Positions 59,144 through 64,000 of a stretch of DNA of 64,000 nucleotides are shown one piece after another. Each line of letters begins with the position of its first letter. Position 1 is the stretch's first letter. The translations under genes and the position numbers were made by a program. Location: the NCBI GenBank assembly GCA_964653485.1, contig CAZZFF010000019.1:1219-65218 (forward strand), in the 5' to 3' direction. Source of the DNA: an uncultured Verrucomicrobiota bacterium (GTDB taxonomy: Bacteria > Verrucomicrobiota > Verrucomicrobiia > Limisphaerales > UBA8199). Under the pieces are notes generated by a model. The model worked only from the letters and a program-made list of their open reading frames with translations. It ran no database searches and was not told the origin of the DNA.

Positions 59144-59818
59144 CTACGCGCCTTCCACTTCCGCGAGGGCCTGGCGTTGCCGCATCGTTGCTGTTCGGCG
59201 AGCGATGACAAGCATCTTGTCGCGGCCGTATTGGTAGTGGCGAGAAAGCAAAGCAGTGACCCGCTCGGCATATTCCTTCGGCTCCGCCGTGGCGGAGAGA
59301 ACGTTAAACCAAACCGGCAACACCTTGGGCCAGTCCACTCCGACCTGCCAGGAACCGCCCTCGTCCGCAAAGAAGATGACATCGTCGAGGCATTGATCGA
59401 TGTGGTCCAGCAGGCCGAAGAGGATGTCCATGGCCTCACGCACCTCCGCCGGATTGTTCGTCTTTGCATTGGCGACACAGTGATCCAGGAGCCGACGGTA
59501 CTCGGCAATCCACGCGCTCGTCCCAGAGGACTGTTGCGTAGAGTTCTTGGAATTGACGTTGAATGACTCGTAATACTCGCCGGCGAGACTGGCCTTTTCA
59601 AACCGCTTCACGTCCGTGAGCAAGCTCGGCCTCGCAGGCCTCTCCGCGTCCGGGCGCAGCCGCTCCAGATCGAGGTACTTCTTCGCGATCTTGTAGAGCT
59701 TGGCCGGGGGCAAAAGCTCGATCGCGTCGTCCAGCATGTAGAAAACGTACTCGTTCCCGAGCTTGCGGACCGCTGCGCGGAGCTTTTCACGGTCGATCGG
59801 GATGGGATTCCGTTGCAT
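59144..59818 (-). CDS. Hypothetical protein
   Basis: Clean 224-aa ORF with protein-like composition, 2 nt downstream of the preceding gene's stop. Confidence 0.75.
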   Translation of the reverse strand: MQRNPIPIDREKLRAAVRKLGNEYVFYMLDDAIELLPPAKLYKIAKKYLDLERLRPDAERPARPSLLTDVKRFEKASLAGEYYESFNVNSKNSTQQSSGTSAWIAEYRRLLDHCVANAKTNNPAEVREAMDILFGLLDHIDQCLDDVIFFADEGGSWQVGVDWPKVLPVWFNVLSATAEPKEYAERVTALLSRHYQYGRDKMLVIARRTATMRQRQALAEVEGA

Positions 59819-59820
59819 CG

Positions 59821-60651
59821 TCAGAGTTCTTCGATGCGCCGCAGCATAGCCGGGCGATTTGAGTACCGACGTCGAAAGCCAGCGAGCTTCTGCTGGAAGG
59901 CCCTGATATCACCGGCCTGTGCATAGGCGTCGCGCAGTTCCTGCAGTTGGGCGGTCGCCTGGTCGTAGGCCGAAGCGATCTTCTGATCCATGAGGGGGTC
60001 CAGCCCCGACCATAGCGTGTCTGCGCGCTGCATGATCGAGGCAAGATGCTGCTTACGCAGCCTTGCCTCGCGCTCTTGCTTGGCCGCGGCCTCTTTGGCC
60101 TCCTTCTTCTGCCGTGCTTCCCGAGTCTCGATGGTCTTTGCGGCAAAATCCACGCATCTCATCGCTTGGCCGGCCGGGATTTGCGCCCGGGGATACGTCA
60201 TCCGGTTCAATTCCGCCATTACGCCCGATTCACCCCCCTCGGCCACCCGTGCGAGCAATGCCCGCATTCCGGACACGGAAAGTCCCTCAAGAACTGCGGC
60301 AATGGGGATGCGGTCAGGTGCGCTGGCTCGAGACAGTCCACCGGCTACAGCGAGCGCGTCACGATCCACGGGGAACTGCTTGATGAGTGCCTCCAGCGCG
60401 GGGCTAAGCTGATCGAGTCCCCGTGGAATCGGCGGCATGACAACCGCGCCGTCCTCGGGATCCTGCCACTCGTCCGGGTCGAAACCAGCCAGCCAGCCGA
60501 GAAACAAAGCCCGATAGTCGCCGCGCATCAATTCCTCGCGGACGCCTACAAGTTGGTCGATGAGGCCCTCGCCTTCTGTCCACCCCCATCCGCCCTCTTC
60601 ATTGCGTTCCCACCAGACAATGCACCTGTCGCCGATTTCCTTGACCGTCAA
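59821..60651 (-). CDS. Hypothetical protein, possibly 5'-truncated
   Basis: EGEGLIDQLVGVREELMRGDYRALFLGWL resembles the middle of an uncharacterised family recalled as longer at the N-terminus; TTG start overlaps the vapC stop. Confidence 0.6.
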   Translation of the reverse strand: MTVKEIGDRCIVWWERNEEGGWGWTEGEGLIDQLVGVREELMRGDYRALFLGWLAGFDPDEWQDPEDGAVVMPPIPRGLDQLSPALEALIKQFPVDRDALAVAGGLSRASAPDRIPIAAVLEGLSVSGMRALLARVAEGGESGVMAELNRMTYPRAQIPAGQAMRCVDFAAKTIETREARQKKEAKEAAAKQEREARLRKQHLASIMQRADTLWSGLDPLMDQKIASAYDQATAQLQELRDAYAQAGDIRAFQQKLAGFRRRYSNRPAMLRRIEEL

Positions 60652-61052
60652 TAAGGCGTGAGGATTTCCAGGTCGGGCGCGGCGTGGGCGAAGTGGGAGG
60701 GATTGCGCGTGACAATGCGCTTGGCGCCCTTGCGCCGGGCAAAGCTCGCATGGAGCGAATCGTAGATGCCGCCCCCCATTATGCCACGGCGCTGGGCCTC
60801 GCCAATTGACCTCTCGTAATCCCCCAGCGGCAAAGCCTCGATCACCAGACTGGTCTTGAGGCCCAGTGTCAGCTCCGCAGCGGCGCCCACCGGCACCTTG
60901 TAGAAGCCAGTGAGTGTGGCAAACGTCTCCGCCAGCGCGTGAGCGTCCGTGAAGGGGCTCTCGGAATCCTCAAGCGCCTCGAGGCAGGCGGCATGCTCGG
61001 GGTGCTGCTCCAGCAGGGCTCCGACCAGCACACCCGTGTCCAGGAAGGTCAT
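60648..61052 (-). CDS. PIN-domain (VapC-like) toxin
   Basis: MTFLDTGVLV, HALAETF, GGIYDSLHA, IVTRNPSHF. Confidence 0.9.
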   Translation of the reverse strand: MTFLDTGVLVGALLEQHPEHAACLEALEDSESPFTDAHALAETFATLTGFYKVPVGAAAELTLGLKTSLVIEALPLGDYERSIGEAQRRGIMGGGIYDSLHASFARRKGAKRIVTRNPSHFAHAAPDLEILTPY

Positions 61053-61297
61053 CGCTCGTAATGCCGGGCGGCTTCAACGGCTTCCGCCAAGGGTGTGGAA
61101 GGAACATCACCAGTCCACACCTTCAGCTTTCCGCGCCTGATGACTTTGCCGTCAGCCGTGGGGACGATCTCCAGCACGATCCGCCCCGGCGTCGCCGAGG
61201 CTTTCAGTTTCTGCCCGCGCGGAACCCCGGCGGCCCGCCGCAGGTCACGGGGCAGGACAATCCGGTTCGAAGCATCAAGCTGCACAATCGTCGTCAC
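61049..61297 (-). CDS. AbrB/MazE/SpoVT-fold antitoxin
   Basis: VQLDASNRIVLPRDLRRAAGVPRGQKL; GTG 61297; 4-nt overlap with the PIN gene. Confidence 0.88.
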   Translation of the reverse strand: MTTIVQLDASNRIVLPRDLRRAAGVPRGQKLKASATPGRIVLEIVPTADGKVIRRGKLKVWTGDVPSTPLAEAVEAARHYER

Positions 61298-61302
61298 GGC
61301 AC

Positions 61303-61339
61303 GAATGTGGCGCGGTTGTGGCGCGGTTTCAAGCACGAA
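61303..61339 (-). promoter_or_regulatory. vapBC promoter TTGAAA-17-CACATT overlapped by an 11-bp direct repeat (AACCGCGCCAC x2)
   Basis: Read directly on the minus strand just upstream of the antitoxin start. Confidence 0.65.
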
Positions 61340-61368
61340 TCGGGCGCATGGAATCCGCATCCATACCC

Positions 61369-62155
61369 CTAATCCTCTTTCCCCCCAATCAACTTCCTGT
61401 CGAGGAGTTGCAGCAGTTCTGTGGCGGCAATCAGGATTTCAACGAACACATCCCTCAGCGGCTGCTTGCCAACGCCGAAAAACTCGGCCGCCCTTTCGTA
61501 GCCATCGCCCTTGCGATGACCGACGCCGTGCCGTAAGCCGTACAGCCGCCGCATGTAGGTCCCAACTGGCTCGGCGGCGATTCCGTTCATCGCCAGAAAC
61601 CGCTCGAACTTCGCGATACCCTTCTCCTCCGCGATCTTCGACGGCAACCATTTGCCGATTTCGTCTTCGTTCAATGAATCTATGATGAGCTTCGCCAATG
61701 CGAGGACTTGTCCGTCGAACTCCCCTTGTTCGTCGTTGAGTGGGATACGAAGCGTGGCAAGCAAGTAGGAGACTTCGTTGGCAACATCCCCGGCTGATGC
61801 CTCCCTCGGGCAGTACGTTATACGACTTCCAATAAAGCTGCTCCTCGTGTGGCAGGCTCTTTCCAAGGTCGCCGAGGAACACAACGACGTGGTCTCGGCG
61901 TTCGTCATCTACAGGCAGCCCCCACAGTCCGCCGCGCCGGATGTAGCCTGCCTCAACAGAGTACACCTCCGGCCTAGCGTAATACGTTTGAAGAATTTCA
62001 CGCCGGAAAAACACTGGCTTGAGGAAGCCGGCAGCGCCGGCATTCTTCCCCCAATAGCCGGCAAGCTTTTTGGGGTCACATGTGGATGCAACTTGCTTTC
62101 CCTCGTCGTCAAAGCCACTGACGAATTCAGCGCATTGAGAATTCCTCTTCTTGGT
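61369..62155 (-). pseudogene. Remnant of a conserved protein with C-terminal R-x4-H (HEPN-like) motif; 5'-truncated and frameshifted
   Basis: PVFFRREILQTYY...GGLWGL...VVVFLGDLG..LP.EEQLYWKSYN in one frame; LRIPLNDEQGEFDGQVL.L.K..IDSLNE...LRHGVGHRKG in another; break near 61790. Confidence 0.65.
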
Positions 62156-62156
62156 G

Positions 62157-62434
62157 ACGATGGAGACCGGGTTGCGGAACTCGGCCGGCACGGCCAGGCA
62201 GCGGCGGGTCAATTGCAACTTCCGTTCGATGGGCTGGTAGCAGTCGGTCACGCCGCTCATGGCCAGCTTCTGCGGTTTCCATTTGGGCGAGGAGATCTCC
62301 TTGCGGAGCAACTCGGGCGCGTTTTCCTTCACCATGATCTTCGTCTCGAAATCCAGGCCGGCAGAGAAACCGAGGTACTCATGAAACGGGCGGGCGTAAC
62401 AGTACGCCGGGCCACAGCTCCACGGACAAACCAA
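62157..62434 (-). pseudogene. PA0069-like radical SAM gene remnant C (damaged CxxxCxxC region through IVTK)
   Basis: AYCYARPFHEYLGFSAGLDFETKIMVKENAPELLRKE...KLAMSGVTDCYQPIERKLQLTRRCL...FRNPVSIVTK, fused to the HEPN-like remnant. Confidence 0.85.
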
Positions 62435-62810
62435 CTCCGCGATCCTGACGCTCTAAAGCTCCAACATGCATCCAATTGGAGGAATCCCCCAAGCCTGAGC
62501 TAATGGCACACTCTGCAAGTAGAATGGTACGTTCTGCTAGTGACAGACTCCAGCCGGATTCACAGCCCCGGCCCACCGCGGACCAGCCGGACGAAATTGT
62601 TGATGCGCATGGCATCTCCCTGAGGCCCGAGTCCCTTGACCAATCGGGCCGGATCGCCGGACTTGAAATCGGTGCGCCGGGGACTGCCGGGCGGCATGCT
62701 CATAAACCCCAACGCACGGCCAAACAAAACGCGGATACGTCTCGCCACCAGGTTTCTCTTTCGCTTCCCTTGCGGACAAGTTACTGTGCTGCAGCGATAC
62801 TTTAAATTTG

Positions 62811-64000
62811 ATGCCTGAGATTCTTCGCAGCGAGCCACGAGACGATGTGTTCAATGCCGTTCTTCGCGGCCTTGGGCGGCTGGGCTATCGCGACGAATTG
62901 CTCCGGAGGAATTACTCGTTCACGGATTGGTTTGCGAGCGATCCGGAGACGCCAACCGTTCCTGCGGCGGCCTTTGGCAGAAGCCCTGAGGATTACGATT
63001 CGGCCTGCATCGCCGTCCTTTTTAGCGGCGCGACACAGGAGGTCTTCCGGTGCCGCTCGCTAGGGGCGCCCTTTGTGATCGAGGTTCAGGAAGATGGCAT
63101 TGTTCCCTGGCGCATTGGCCGGGATGAGCGGACGACGCAACCGACGAGCGGGCGGATTCCCGCCGCAGCCATGGAGCAGTTCTTCCGCGCCTTGGAGGGA
63201 AAGTGGAGTTCCAGCGCGGTGCTGCGAGCCAAGAACATCGGGAAACCGGTGGGTCCCGCCGAACTGGATTGGGTGGATACGGGGCTCATCCCCGCCCTGG
63301 AGGCTGAAGTCAGCACAAAGCTCGATCGCATGGTTCGGCGCGCCCTGCAGGATGGCCGAGGCGCCCAGCGGCGTAGCTCGGCCCAGCAAACCGACGACGA
63401 AGCGCTGTTCCGTCTGGTGTTCCGATTATTGGCGGCGAAAGTGTTCAAGGATCGGCGCGTCCCCGGGTTTGTTCAATTGGACGCTCTCTCCGATCCGGGC
63501 GAGGCACTCCGAAAAGTCTGCGATTACTACAAGGAGCCTCAGAACCACATTCTCGACGTGGATACGCAGCGCGCAGTCGCCACGGCCCTGTGGACCGGGT
63601 TTGGTTTTCAGAACCTGTCAGTCGATGTTCTCGCGCTCATCGCCGAAAACACCCTGGTGGATGAAGATCTGCGCAAGCTATACGGCATTCACAGTACTCC
63701 CAGGAGGATCGCGCGTTATATGGTCGAGCGCTTGCCGCTGGAGCAGATTCCTCAGGAGCAGCGGGTTGTGGTTGAGCCTTGCGCCGGGCATGCCGTGTTT
63801 CTGGTCGCCGCCCTGAAGCGGTTGCGCGATCTGCTCGGCCCGGGCTGGAGCGGCCAGGAGCGGCATCGTTACTTTGTGAAGCGCCTGTTCGGTTTCGAGC
63901 AGGACGCGTTCGCCCGGGAAGTCAGTAAACTGTGCCTGACCTTGGCTGACTTCCCGAATCCCAACGGTTGGAACCTGGAAAAAGCCGATGTTTTCAACTC
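62811..64000 (+). CDS. N6-adenine DNA methyltransferase / type IIG-like restriction-modification protein, 5' part (runs off the window)
   Basis: Not in the ORF track (no stop). Open from ATG 62811; LFRLVFRLLAAKVFKDR, GIHSTPRRIARYMV, VVEPCAGHAVFL (motif I), LFGFEQDAFA. Confidence 0.85.
   Translation, partial: MPEILRSEPRDDVFNAVLRGLGRLGYRDELLRRNYSFTDWFASDPETPTVPAAAFGRSPEDYDSACIAVLFSGATQEVFRCRSLGAPFVIEVQEDGIVPWRIGRDERTTQPTSGRIPAAAMEQFFRALEGKWSSSAVLRAKNIGKPVGPAELDWVDTGLIPALEAEVSTKLDRMVRRALQDGRGAQRRSSAQQTDDEALFRLVFRLLAAKVFKDRRVPGFVQLDALSDPGEALRKVCDYYKEPQNHILDVDTQRAVATALWTGFGFQNLSVDVLALIAENTLVDEDLRKLYGIHSTPRRIARYMVERLPLEQIPQEQRVVVEPCAGHAVFLVAALKRLRDLLGPGWSGQERHRYFVKRLFGFEQDAFAREVSKLCLTLADFPNPNGWNLEKADVFN

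Noticed and set aside
52523-62434. Integron cassette array
   Set aside because: TA modules and short genes are suggestive, but I found no attC-like RYYYAAC...GTTRRRY sites and no integrase.
1-64000. CRISPR array, rRNA, tRNA
   Set aside because: No regularly spaced 25-45 bp repeats with unique spacers and no recognisable structural RNA signatures; a covariance-model scan could still find small RNAs.

Overview
GC-rich bacterial chromosomal window. Gene content suggests Verrucomicrobiota (Pedosphaera/Limisphaera-like), which is an inference from Tat-exported oxidoreductases, ECF sigma factors with long C-terminal extensions, [13 protein letters not shown] pseudopilin-like genes and long-form IspG. 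It has housekeeping genes (glnD, rpiB, ispG, rseP, CvfB-like, Dus-like), carbohydrate and periplasmic enzymes, surface proteins, and a decayed defence/toxin-antitoxin island at the right end (hipBA, ABC pair, vapBC, HEPN-like remnant, DNA methylase running off the window). Two things stand out. (1) 4855-8316 encodes a full-length homologue of plant alpha-glucan water dikinase (GWD1/R1), with two CBM45-like domains and the phospho-His motif. (2) A co-oriented locus at 30.5-38.5 kb runs: nested palindromes, a pseudo-receiver LuxR gene crossed by a G13 tract, a pseudopilin, two tandem beta-propeller-like proteins, then a Tat-signal protein with 48 Cys in a strict (N/D)-x-C register. A truncated ISAzo13-family element cuts in directly after that last gene. 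No rRNA, tRNA, CRISPR array or reverse transcriptase was recognised. All family assignments come from motif reading and recall; no database search was run.
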